A stretch of DNA of 64,000 bases from an uncultured Chloroflexia bacterium (GTDB lineage: Bacteria > Chloroflexota > Limnocylindria > Limnocylindrales > CSP1-4). Of this stretch, positions 49,317 to 57,679 are shown piece after piece. The stretch spans positions 192,001 to 256,000 of the forward strand of contig CAVRGP010000006.1 in assembly GCA_963720755.1 (NCBI GenBank). The letters run 5' to 3'. The number at the start of each line of letters is the position of its first letter. The first letter of the stretch is position 1. The notes below the pieces were generated by a model. That model was not told the DNA's origin. It made no database searches and saw only the letters and a list, made by a program, of their open reading frames with translations. Both the position numbers and the translations under genes were made by a program.

Positions 49317-49337
49317 TGTACGTGCAACGTCCGTACA
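49317..49337. promoter_or_regulatory. Toxin-antitoxin autoregulatory operator
   Basis: Inverted repeat TGTACG-N9-CGTACA about 40 bp upstream of the antitoxin. Confidence 0.75.
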
Positions 49338-49442
49338 TCCTATGCAATCCAAGTCGACTCGTCAACCCGCGTCCAATTGATCGAGAGTCCAAGTTGAGCC
49401 ACGCAGGCGATGACCCCGGGCCGCTCCCCTGCTGCGCCCGGA

Positions 49443-50408
49443 CTATGTGCCCCCGACCACCTTGATGGCGCCGACGCCGCCCTGCGCATCGATATCGACG
49501 CGGTTCGCGGCGGTGGCGTAGTCGACGGATTGATAGACGTCGCCGACCCTTGGGAAACGCGCCTGATCGACCTGGCTGGTGCCAAGCGCCATCCGCGTCC
49601 GGATCCGGGCCGCGACACCCATGGGCACCTCGAGGGTCAGCGACGCGGCTCCCGCCTGGGCCATGACCGACGTGGCTCCGGCGGCCTTCGGTAGCCGGAC
49701 CATGGTGTCGCTCGCTCCCGTGTGGAGTTCGAGCGTGGCGATGCGCAGGTCGCGAAGATCGACCGTCCCGCGATAGGCACCGACGTCGAGCCGCAGGTCG
49801 AGCGGAACCTCCGCGGTCAGACCGACATCCCAGCGCGATTCATGGTCGAACCAGGGCACGCCCGAGTCCGGGTCCTGGCGAAGCTCGACGCGGCCGGGGC
49901 TGTCCACCCGATGTCGCACGCCGCCCTGGAACGAACCATCGACCAGCGCCCCCGGCGCGGCCCGATGGGTGACCAGCTCCCCGCCGCCGAACTTGATCCT
50001 GACCTCGGCCTGCTTCGCGTCGCCGAGCGGAACCGTCAACGTTTCCACTCGATGGCCCCCAGTCACGAACGCCCCGATCAGGAACCAGATGCCCAGCACG
50101 ATGAGCGCCCATGGCCACCACTCGGCGATGAGGTCGCCGGGGGCCGCCTGCAGCGAACCGGTCGTGCTCCCGAGCAGCAGTGCACCGACCACGATCCACA
50201 CGATCGGCCAGGTCAGCGACCACGGCGTGCTGGCTCCGCGCAAACCTCGAACCAGGACGCCGACGAACGCGGCCACGCCGGCCAGGATGACGAACATCGG
50301 CCACGCCTGACTCCAGGACCAGCCCGCGCCCCGTTGTACGAGAAAGATGGTCCCGAGCCCGATCAGCCAGGTCGCGCCGATCAGTGGCCCGCGACGCGTT
50401 GGACTCAC
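49443..50408 (-). CDS. LiaF/LiaI-like membrane protein with C-terminal beta-solenoid (DUF2154/adhesin-like) domain
   Basis: 'WP...I..G' TM repeats followed by repetitive beta strands ('LDLRLDVGA', 'LELHTGAS'); downstream of a PspC gene. Confidence 0.7.
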   Translation of the reverse strand: MSPTRRGPLIGATWLIGLGTIFLVQRGAGWSWSQAWPMFVILAGVAAFVGVLVRGLRGASTPWSLTWPIVWIVVGALLLGSTTGSLQAAPGDLIAEWWPWALIVLGIWFLIGAFVTGGHRVETLTVPLGDAKQAEVRIKFGGGELVTHRAAPGALVDGSFQGGVRHRVDSPGRVELRQDPDSGVPWFDHESRWDVGLTAEVPLDLRLDVGAYRGTVDLRDLRIATLELHTGASDTMVRLPKAAGATSVMAQAGAASLTLEVPMGVAARIRTRMALGTSQVDQARFPRVGDVYQSVDYATAANRVDIDAQGGVGAIKVVGGT

Positions 50409-50918
50409 GTGCCTTCCTCGGTCGCCTCGGACGGCCCGGTGGCTTCGGTCGTCTCACTCGAACGATCCCGCCGGTCCCACCCGACGGCGAGGACGACCAC
50501 CCCGAGGACGATCAGGGCCGCCGGCCAGAGCCAGTCGAAGTCGAATCTGGGGCCACCATTCCCTGACCAGGAAGGTCGCGCCCACGACGATGAGCAGGCC
50601 GCCAAGGACAAGTGCGCCGCCGATCGGGCGATCGCCGCGAGCGCGGCGTGCCCGTCGCTCGGCCCGTCGGGCAGCTCTCGCCTCGTGACGCGATGCCCGC
50701 GCGCTCGCTCGATCGGCCCCTGATGCTCGCGGATCCTGCTCCGGGACGACGATCGCCATGATGATGTACACGACCAGGGCAAGGCCCCCCGTGAAGATCG
50801 CAAGGAACACCCAGGCGATGCGGACGAGCGACGGGTCGACGTCCCAATGCTCGGCCAGCCCGCCCGCGACGCCGGCCAGCATCCGATCATCCTGAGAACG
50901 GTACAGCCGATCCTCCAT
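50405..50918 (-). pseudogene. PspC domain membrane protein with one frameshift (possible sequencing error)
   Basis: 'RLYRSQDDRMLAGVAGGLAE...DPSLVR...YIIMAIVVPE'; after 'WWPQI' it continues in another frame 'DFDWLWPAALIVLG' to the stop at 50405; one extra base near 50544. Confidence 0.8.
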
Positions 50919-51156
50919 GACACCCCACCTCCGTCGAACGACGACCCGATGGTACGACCCGGGTGCACGCCCCGGGTAGGTGTCGCCCGGCTCATCGGCG
51001 CTCCTGCAGACGGCACCGCCGCCTGGATTGCCACGGTGATCCTCGGTCGGCCGGCCCGCTGCGGCTAGGGCCGTCCGGGCGGCTGCGGCGGGCCGTGTGG
51101 CTCTGTTGCCGCTGCCGTCAGCGGAACTCCGACCGCCCGACGACCGTCCGACGACC

Positions 51157-51567
51157 GTGACGAACCAGTCGATACGAACGATCGCGTTCGCGGCCCTGCT
51201 CCTCGTCTTCGTCGCGTGCGGCGGCGGCGGACCCGGCGCACGCTCGAGCGACGAGATCTTTGAGATCACGGGCAGCGCCTTGGCTGGCCCGGTCTGTCCC
51301 GTCGAGCGGATGCCGCCCGACCCCAGCTGCGCGCCGCGCCCGGTCGCCGGTGCGGTCGTGGTCGTTCATGACTCGTCCGATGCGGAGGTTGCCAGGACGA
51401 CCACGGGCGAGGATGGCTCCTTCCGGGTCGGCGTCCCGGCGGGTCGGTACGTCGTTCAGGCGATGCCTGTGGTCGGGTTGCTCGGAACGCCGTCCCCACA
51501 ACCCGTCACCGTCGGTGCCTCGACTCCCGCGGTCGTGAGCTTTTCCTATGACACGGGGATCCGCTGA
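51157..51567 (+). CDS. Small lipoprotein with carboxypeptidase-regulatory-like beta-sandwich
   Basis: Lipobox 'FVAC'; 'AGPVCPVE....PSCAPRPV', 'T..DG.FR...PAG.Y', C-terminal 'YDTGIR'. Confidence 0.8.
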   Translation: MTNQSIRTIAFAALLLVFVACGGGGPGARSSDEIFEITGSALAGPVCPVERMPPDPSCAPRPVAGAVVVVHDSSDAEVARTTTGEDGSFRVGVPAGRYVVQAMPVVGLLGTPSPQPVTVGASTPAVVSFSYDTGIR

Positions 51568-51597
51568 CCGGCCGTCGCTGATCTGCGGAGGAAACCA

Positions 51598-51631
51598 GAA
51601 GGCCCGGCTCCCTCAGTGGAGCCGGGCCTTC
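51598..51631 (-). terminator. Terminator hairpin (copy 1, probably bidirectional)
   Basis: GAAGGCCCGGCTCC-CTCAGT-GGAGCCGGGCCTTC, 14-bp perfect stem between convergent genes. Confidence 0.85.
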
Positions 51632-51673
51632 GTCAGGATCGGGGTCGTTCGCCGGCGAACCCGGCAGGTCGGG

Positions 51674-52402
51674 TTACCGCTGGCGGCGTGGCCGGGCGGG
51701 GGTCAGGACGACGGCACCGATGCCGATCGCACCGAAGACGAGGAACAGGATCGGCAGCATGTCGTTCGTGCCGCCGGTCGATCCACCGGCCACGTCGGTC
51801 GGCGGGGCGGTCGGGGCGTCGGTCGCTGCCTCGACACCACCGGTGGGGGTCGATGTCGGGGTCGGCGTCGGCGTCACTTCAGTCGTGGGCGTCGGAGTCG
51901 GAGTTGGCGTAGGCGTGGGCGTAGGCGTGGGCGTAGGAGTAGGTGTCGGCGTCGGCGTGGGTGTAGGAGTCGGCGTGGGTGTCGGCGTCGGCGTTGGCGT
52001 CGGTGTGGGTGTCGGCGTCGGCGTCGGCGTCGGCGTTGGCGTCGGCGTGGGTGTCGGCGTCGGCTGGACACAGGCCCCGGCGGACAGGTTGAACGTGTAG
52101 TTGTACTGCGTCTTGCCGTCGTTCGAGTGGAACTTCACGATCGCGGTGTGCGACGCGGTCGGCGCGCCGGCCGCGTACGTGTCCGGTGCGCCGGTGTTGG
52201 CGTTCACCGGAGCTGAGTCGGCGGCGCCGTCGATCGCGTAGGTGTAGGTCGAGCCACCTGGGTAATTCGAGCCGGACACGGTCAGGACCGTCCCGTTCGC
52301 ACTGCAGTCGAGCGACGCGCTCGCGTTGTGGGCTGCGACACTGGCCGGCAGAGCCAGCAGCAGGAGCGCCCCAGCAACGGCGCTGAACCTCCGGATCCTC
52401 AT
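51674..52402 (-). CDS. Secreted surface protein with (PT)30 stalk and C-terminal anchor, copy 1
   Basis: Signal peptide, about 90-aa domain with two Cys, PT tract 51884-52063, 'APPTD', TM helix, 'RPRRQR'. Confidence 0.85.
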   Translation of the reverse strand: MRIRRFSAVAGALLLLALPASVAAHNASASLDCSANGTVLTVSGSNYPGGSTYTYAIDGAADSAPVNANTGAPDTYAAGAPTASHTAIVKFHSNDGKTQYNYTFNLSAGACVQPTPTPTPTPTPTPTPTPTPTPTPTPTPTPTPTPTPTPTPTPTPTPTPTPTPTPTPTPTPTTEVTPTPTPTSTPTGGVEAATDAPTAPPTDVAGGSTGGTNDMLPILFLVFGAIGIGAVVLTPARPRRQR

Positions 52403-52685
52403 GAGCATTCTCCCCGATTCTGATCTGTACGGATGGCTTGACGATCGACTTGCGGCGTCCCGTACCGTGCCCCGCGAGTCATGAATACGTGGACGATGAT
52501 GTGCCCGGGTACTAGGCCTGTCCAGTACCGATGGCGACCGTCCGACCGCACCGGAACCTCCGAATCCGGACCTCTCCGCAACGGACGTCACGACCGAAAA
52601 CGTTGCCCGGCGACACCGGTCACCAGGACCCGGGCAGGACCGATGGCCACGGGCCGTCCTGACCTGCCGGTCATCGAGGAAACCA

Positions 52686-52719
52686 GAAGGCCCGGCTCCC
52701 TCAGTGGAGCCGGGCCTTC
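52686..52719 (-). terminator. Terminator hairpin (copy 2)
   Basis: Identical to the hairpin at 51598-51631. Confidence 0.85.
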
Positions 52720-52761
52720 GTCAGGATCGGGGTCGTTCGCCGGCGAACCCGGCGTGTCGGG

Positions 52762-53436
52762 TTACCGCTGGCGGCGTGGCCGGGCGGGGGTCAGGACGAC
52801 GGCACCGATGCCGATCGCACCGAAGACGAGGAACAGGATCGGCAGCATGTCACTCGGTCCGCCGGTCGATCCACTGACCGAGTCGGTCGGCGGGGCGGTC
52901 GGGACATCCGTCGCGCCCTGGACGCCGCCGCTCGGGGTCGATGTCGGGGTCGGGGTCGGCGTCTCTTCAGTCGTGGGCGTCGGAGTCGGCGTCGCCGTGG
53001 GGGTGGGTGTCGGCGTTGGCGTGGGGGTCGGCGTTGGCGTTGGCGTTGGCGTCGGCGTTGGCGTCGGCGTCGGCGTTGGAGTCGGCGTCGGCGTGGGGTC
53101 GACGCAGGCGGGGGCCGACAGCTCGAAGACGTAGTCGTACTGGGTCTTGCCGTCGTTCGAGTGGAACTTCACGATCGCAGTGTGCGATTCGGTCGGCGCG
53201 CCCGCCGCGTACGTGTCCGGTGCGCCGGTGTTGGCGTTCACCGGAGCTGAGTCGGCGGCGCCGTCGATCGCGTAGGTGTAGGTCGAGCCACCTGGGTAAT
53301 TCGAGCCGGACACGGTCAGGACCGTCCCGTTCGCACTGCAGTCGAGCGACGCGCTCGCGTCGTGAGCGGCAACGCTGGCCGGCAATGCCAGTAGCAGGAG
53401 CGCCCCAGCAAGGGCGCTGAACCTCCGGATCCTCAT
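52762..53436 (-). CDS. Secreted surface protein with 21-dipeptide PT stalk and C-terminal anchor, copy 2
   Basis: Paralogue of 51674-52402; PT tract 52972-53097; AGGAG SD. Confidence 0.85.
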   Translation of the reverse strand: MRIRRFSALAGALLLLALPASVAAHDASASLDCSANGTVLTVSGSNYPGGSTYTYAIDGAADSAPVNANTGAPDTYAAGAPTESHTAIVKFHSNDGKTQYDYVFELSAPACVDPTPTPTPTPTPTPTPTPTPTPTPTPTPTPTPTPTATPTPTPTTEETPTPTPTSTPSGGVQGATDVPTAPPTDSVSGSTGGPSDMLPILFLVFGAIGIGAVVLTPARPRRQR

Positions 53437-53680
53437 GGGCGATAAGTCTCCTCGGTACGGACATGGATGAATGGGCAAGTGGCGTCCCGTACCCGCGACC
53501 GCCATAGATAACTCGTGAATGATGCGTCCCGGGTACCACGACTGTCCAGTACGAAGGTCACCCATTCGGACCTCATCAGAACACCGCCAACCACTCCGGT
53601 CGGGATGACGACTTCCGATCATGATCCGTATCGATGAGGTTGCCCCGGGCTCGAGCGCGTCAACGGGTACCATGCCCTTC

Positions 53681-55399
53681 GTGTCCGATCTCTTGTCGAA
53701 CGTGCCCGCGCCGATCCGCTCCGACGTTCGGGCGGCGGTCAGCCGTGCCTGGGCGGACGCGATCGAGTCAGGATCCCTGCCGCCGTTGCCTGCCGATGCC
53801 GTCCGGCCTGAGGTCGAGGTCGAGCGACCGGCCGATCCCGTACACGGCGACTTCGCCAGCAACCTGGCGATGCGTCTCGCCCGGCCATACCGCATGTCGC
53901 CCAGCGCGATCGCGACGGTGCTCGCGGCCGAACTCACCAAGGCTGCGACCCGGACGACCGCAGGCGGGCAGGACGTCGAGTCGCCGATCGCAACGGCCGA
54001 GGTCGCGCCGCCGGGGTTCCTCAACATGCGCCTCCGCGACGGAGCCATGGAGACGACGATCGCGTCGATCCTGGCCGACCCGGCAGGCTGGGGCCGTGTC
54101 GCGACCCGCGAAGACCGCGCCGTCAATGTCGAGTTCGTGTCGGCCAATCCGACGGGACCGCTCCACGTCGGCAACGCCCGGGGCGCATTCATCGGCGATC
54201 TCCTCAGCCGGGTCCTCGAAGCCGGCGGGCAGCGGGTCACCCGCGAGTACTACTTCAACGACTCGGGCGGACAGATCCGGAACCTGGGTGCGACGGTCGC
54301 GGCCCTCCGGCGGGGGGAGCCCATCCCGGAGGACGGCTACAAGGGCGCCTACGTCGACGAACTCGTGGCGTCGCTTCCGGACGACGTCTGGGCGGCGGCC
54401 ACGACGCAGGGTGCCGACACGGATGGTCTCGTCGGCAAGTGGGCGGCCGGGCGGGTACGTTCTGGCATCGAGGCGAGCCTGGCGACCCTTGGCGTCCACT
54501 TCGACGTGTGGACGAGCGAGGCGCGCCTGCACGACGAAGGGTGGGTGACCCGAGCGGTCGACCGCCTTCGCGAACACGGCCATGTCTACGACCTGGACGG
54601 TGCCGTCTGGTTCCGGTCGACCACGTTCGGCGACGACAAGGACCGGGTCATCCTTCGATCCAACGGTGAACCGACCTACTTCGCCGCGGACCTCGGCTAC
54701 GTCACGGAGAAGTTCAGCCGCGGCTTCGATCACCTCATCTACATCTGGGGCGTCGACCACCACGGAACGGTCGCCCGCCTGCGGAACGCGGCCGGGGCCA
54801 TGGGCTACGACCGCGACGCGGTCCAGATCTTGTTGTACGCCTGGGTCCATGTGGTGCGCGACGGTGGTCAGGTGTCGATGTCCAAACGGCGCGGCGACTT
54901 CGTCACGCTCGACGACTTCCTCAGCGAGGTCGGACCGGATGCAGCTCGCTGGTTCTTCGCGTCGCGGGCGGTGACGACCGAGATCGACTTCGACATCGAG
55001 GTATTCAAGAAGCAGACCAACGAGAACCCCGTCTACTACGTCCAGTACGCACATGCCCGGATCGCCTCGATCCTGCGCAAGGCGGCGTCGAACGGCCTGT
55101 CGCCGGCCCGCGATGTCGCCGGGTCGCTGGTCGACGGGCCGGAAGCCGCTCTGGCCCGGGCGATCGTCCGCTTTCCCGAAGTCGTCGAGGATGCCGTCGC
55201 GGCCGAGGAAACGCTCGGACTCACGGCCTATGCGACCGATCTCGCGACGACGTTCCATGGGTTCTATCGCGATGCGCGGGTGGTGGACCCGGATGCGCCG
55301 GAACGTTCTGCGTCACGGCTTGCGCTGGCCGACGCGACCCGGATCACCCTGGCGAACGTGCTGGGCCTGCTCGGGATCTCCGCGCCCGAGTCGATGTAG
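53681..55399 (+). CDS. argS: Arginine--tRNA ligase
   Basis: 'HGDFASNLAM', 'VEFVSANPTGPLHVGNARG', 'EYYFND.G.Q', 'MSKRRG', 'NPVYYVQYAHARI'; start GTG 53681 or ATG 53672. Confidence 0.97.
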   Translation: MSDLLSNVPAPIRSDVRAAVSRAWADAIESGSLPPLPADAVRPEVEVERPADPVHGDFASNLAMRLARPYRMSPSAIATVLAAELTKAATRTTAGGQDVESPIATAEVAPPGFLNMRLRDGAMETTIASILADPAGWGRVATREDRAVNVEFVSANPTGPLHVGNARGAFIGDLLSRVLEAGGQRVTREYYFNDSGGQIRNLGATVAALRRGEPIPEDGYKGAYVDELVASLPDDVWAAATTQGADTDGLVGKWAAGRVRSGIEASLATLGVHFDVWTSEARLHDEGWVTRAVDRLREHGHVYDLDGAVWFRSTTFGDDKDRVILRSNGEPTYFAADLGYVTEKFSRGFDHLIYIWGVDHHGTVARLRNAAGAMGYDRDAVQILLYAWVHVVRDGGQVSMSKRRGDFVTLDDFLSEVGPDAARWFFASRAVTTEIDFDIEVFKKQTNENPVYYVQYAHARIASILRKAASNGLSPARDVAGSLVDGPEAALARAIVRFPEVVEDAVAAEETLGLTAYATDLATTFHGFYRDARVVDPDAPERSASRLALADATRITLANVLGLLGISAPESM

Positions 55400-55423
55400 G
55401 GACAGCCGGCGGGCTGCGGTCGG

Positions 55424-56746
55424 CTAGCCGGCGAGCCCCAGGACCCCGGCCACCGTGCCCGCCGTCGTGGCGTCACTCGCGATCAGGATCCACCTCGTCG
55501 TGCCGCCGGCCCCCGGCAGGACCTGGCCGACGCCGCCGGCCTGCCCCATCGCCGTCGTCGCGGCCGCCTCGAACGCGGCCGCGTCCGCCGCGGTGTCCCA
55601 GGCGGTGTCCATGACGACGGCCCAGGTCCCGTTCGGCCCCTCGACGACGGCCAGGCGGTCGCCTCCCCAGCCCGCTGCCGCATCCGTGGCGGTGGCCGTC
55701 GGGACGCCCGACTCGCGCAGCCAGGCGCCGAGCTGGAACTCGCCGAAGGTGTCCTCCATCGGGACGCTCCAGCCCGACCCGAGCCGCGTGGCGAGGTCGG
55801 CCGGCAACGTCACCGCGATCGGCGCCTCGTTGGCGGTGTACTTCTCCGGGTGCATGACCTGTTCGGTCGATGCCGGCATCCGGTCGAAGTAGGCATTGAC
55901 TGCGGGCCAGCCGCCGCTGGACTGCACCCCGGAGACGTAACCCAGCCCGGTCGTGTATGGGAACTCAAGGGTGTCGACCATGAACGGCGGCGTCCGGTCG
56001 GTCACGGCCGTGGCGGCTGGGTCGCTCGCTGCGCTGAGCAACTCGAGCAGATCCGACTGGCTGAGATTGCCGGCCGCCCATTGGGTCATCACGAGGGTGG
56101 CGTCGCCCTCGTAGATCGCCTGACGCGCGAGGATCCGGTCGCCCTGATCCAGGATCCCGGCCTGGTCGGAGAAGATCGTCGAATTCTGGTCCTGGAGCGC
56201 GTGGTCGTACTCGTGCGAGAAGTAGAACCGCTCGGCCGCTCCCGGCGCACCGTCCGACGACACGACGTAGAGCTTGCCCTGGTCATTCCGGTAGAAGCCG
56301 GCGACCCCTCCGCTCAACAGGTCGAGACTGAGCGCGCGCAGGTCGGAATCTGCCGGGATGAGACCGAGGGCCTTGTACAGCCGCTCCGTCCCGGCCAGGT
56401 ACGCCGGCGGCGTCTCGGTGTCGAACTGGTCGGTCAGCATCGTGCGGAGTTGGTTCGAATCGATGAACTCGCGCTCCACGGGCCGCTTCGGTGACAGGCC
56501 GCGGATCGCGATCACCTGTTGTTCGATCGTGTCGTAGATCGCACCGGCACCGGCGTCCGGGCTGGATGCCGACGCAGTAGACGAAGCGGGCGCGCTCGAT
56601 GGCGGCGCCGGGCTCGACGATGGAGCCGTCGATGGGGCCGCGGAGCCCTGGTTCGAACCGCAGGCCGCAACCATGAGGACGACGCCGAGCAGGAGCGCGA
56701 AACGACGAGGGCGCCTGGTGGTGACGAGCCGGGTGGTCGGTGACAT
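55424..56746 (-). CDS. Lipoprotein with HExxH zinc-metallopeptidase-like motif
   Basis: Lipobox 'VAAC'; 'SHEYDHALQDQ', 'EGDATL', 'FPY..G', 'P.STEQVMHPEKY', 'AAAGWGGDR'. Confidence 0.8.
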   Translation of the reverse strand: MSPTTRLVTTRRPRRFALLLGVVLMVAACGSNQGSAAPSTAPSSSPAPPSSAPASSTASASSPDAGAGAIYDTIEQQVIAIRGLSPKRPVEREFIDSNQLRTMLTDQFDTETPPAYLAGTERLYKALGLIPADSDLRALSLDLLSGGVAGFYRNDQGKLYVVSSDGAPGAAERFYFSHEYDHALQDQNSTIFSDQAGILDQGDRILARQAIYEGDATLVMTQWAAGNLSQSDLLELLSAASDPAATAVTDRTPPFMVDTLEFPYTTGLGYVSGVQSSGGWPAVNAYFDRMPASTEQVMHPEKYTANEAPIAVTLPADLATRLGSGWSVPMEDTFGEFQLGAWLRESGVPTATATDAAAGWGGDRLAVVEGPNGTWAVVMDTAWDTAADAAAFEAAATTAMGQAGGVGQVLPGAGGTTRWILIASDATTAGTVAGVLGLAG

Positions 56747-56856
56747 CGGCGCGATTGTCGCACGGCCTTCGCGACACGCCGGAGACCGGCCGTGGGGTGT
56801 CGCTTTCTTAACCGGTTGCCGACTCGACCCGCAACGAGCGCCATCTAACGTAGCCC

Positions 56857-56935
56857 GTGGACGAACCCAAAAGGTTCTATCCCTCCCTCCCTCGACCGGA
56901 GGCGCCGATTGGGCAGGCGCCTCCGGTCTTTCCTT
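56857..56935 (+). ncRNA. Candidate small RNA (about 80 nt) with C-rich unpaired tract
   Basis: TAACGT -10 at 56846-51; hairpin GAACC-CAAAA-GGTTC; CCCTCCCTCCCTC; 13-bp terminator stem plus TTTCCTT; no + strand gene upstream to explain the terminator. Confidence 0.5.
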
Positions 56936-56986
56936 GTCCGGCACCGGTGGAGCGGCCGTAGGGTCCGCTGTGTCAGAATCGGAGCG

Positions 56987-57661
56987 ATGGAACTCACGTG
57001 GTACGGGCGGACCTGCATCCGCCTCCGGGGCAAGGACGCCGTCGTCGTGGCAGATCCGTTCCAATCCGTCGTCGGACCGACGGGGCGGGGGATCACCGGC
57101 GATATCGTCACATTCAGTCATCCCGACGATCACCCGCTGCCGCGAGGCAAAGGCAAGCACTCACGGGATGGGCTGACCCTCCTGCCGTCCAGCCTGGATG
57201 ATGCGTTCGTGCTGGACGGTCCAGGCGAATACGAGGTCAGGGAAGTCCTCCTGACCGGCGTCCGGACCTATCGTGACGATGCGAAGGGCGCGGAGCTGGG
57301 CAAGCAGGTCGCCTTTGCGGTCGAGGTCGATGGCGTCCATACCATCCACCTCGGCGATATCGGGCATCTCCTGTCCGAGGAGAAGCTCGGGGACATCGGG
57401 CCGGTCGACATCGTCTGCGTCCCGCTCGGGGGTTCCCTCTCGCCGGCGAAGGCCGCCGCACTCGTGGCCCAACTGGACCCGCAGATCGTGGTCCCCATGC
57501 CGATCTGCGAGGACGAAGCCGATTGCGCCGACGCGCTCAAGCGCTTCTTCCACGAGATGGGCGCCGAAGCTGTCCTCCAGCCCAAGCTGTCGGTCACCGC
57601 GACCAGTCTCCCGAGCGAGACGATCACCGTCCTCCTCGAGTCTCGCGGCAAACAGGTCTGA
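56987..57661 (+). CDS. MBL-fold metallo-hydrolase (Lactamase_B_3 type) with degenerate metal motif
   Basis: 'MELTWYGRTCIRLRG...VADPF', 'GPGEYEV', 'HLGDIGH', 'IVVPM'. Confidence 0.85.
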   Translation: MELTWYGRTCIRLRGKDAVVVADPFQSVVGPTGRGITGDIVTFSHPDDHPLPRGKGKHSRDGLTLLPSSLDDAFVLDGPGEYEVREVLLTGVRTYRDDAKGAELGKQVAFAVEVDGVHTIHLGDIGHLLSEEKLGDIGPVDIVCVPLGGSLSPAKAAALVAQLDPQIVVPMPICEDEADCADALKRFFHEMGAEAVLQPKLSVTATSLPSETITVLLESRGKQV

Positions 57662-57679
57662 CCGCGCCGACGGCGCGGA

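Larger units (their letters stand above)
51588..53552. repeat. Tandem duplication of a gene unit of about 1 kb (terminator, gene, promoter)
   Basis: Copies start at 51588 and 52676 (offset 1088); near-identical terminator and coding DNA, partly conserved upstream regions. Confidence 0.92.

Noticed and set aside
51720-52100. Poly-(GV) ORF and hexamer repeats that could suggest a CRISPR-like or non-coding array
   Set aside because: It is the antisense of the Pro-Thr coding tract; third positions vary synonymously and there are no spacers
56828-56841. CCCGCAACGAGCGC, matching a conserved 16S rRNA segment
   Set aside because: Only 14 nt with no flanking rRNA similarity; treated as chance
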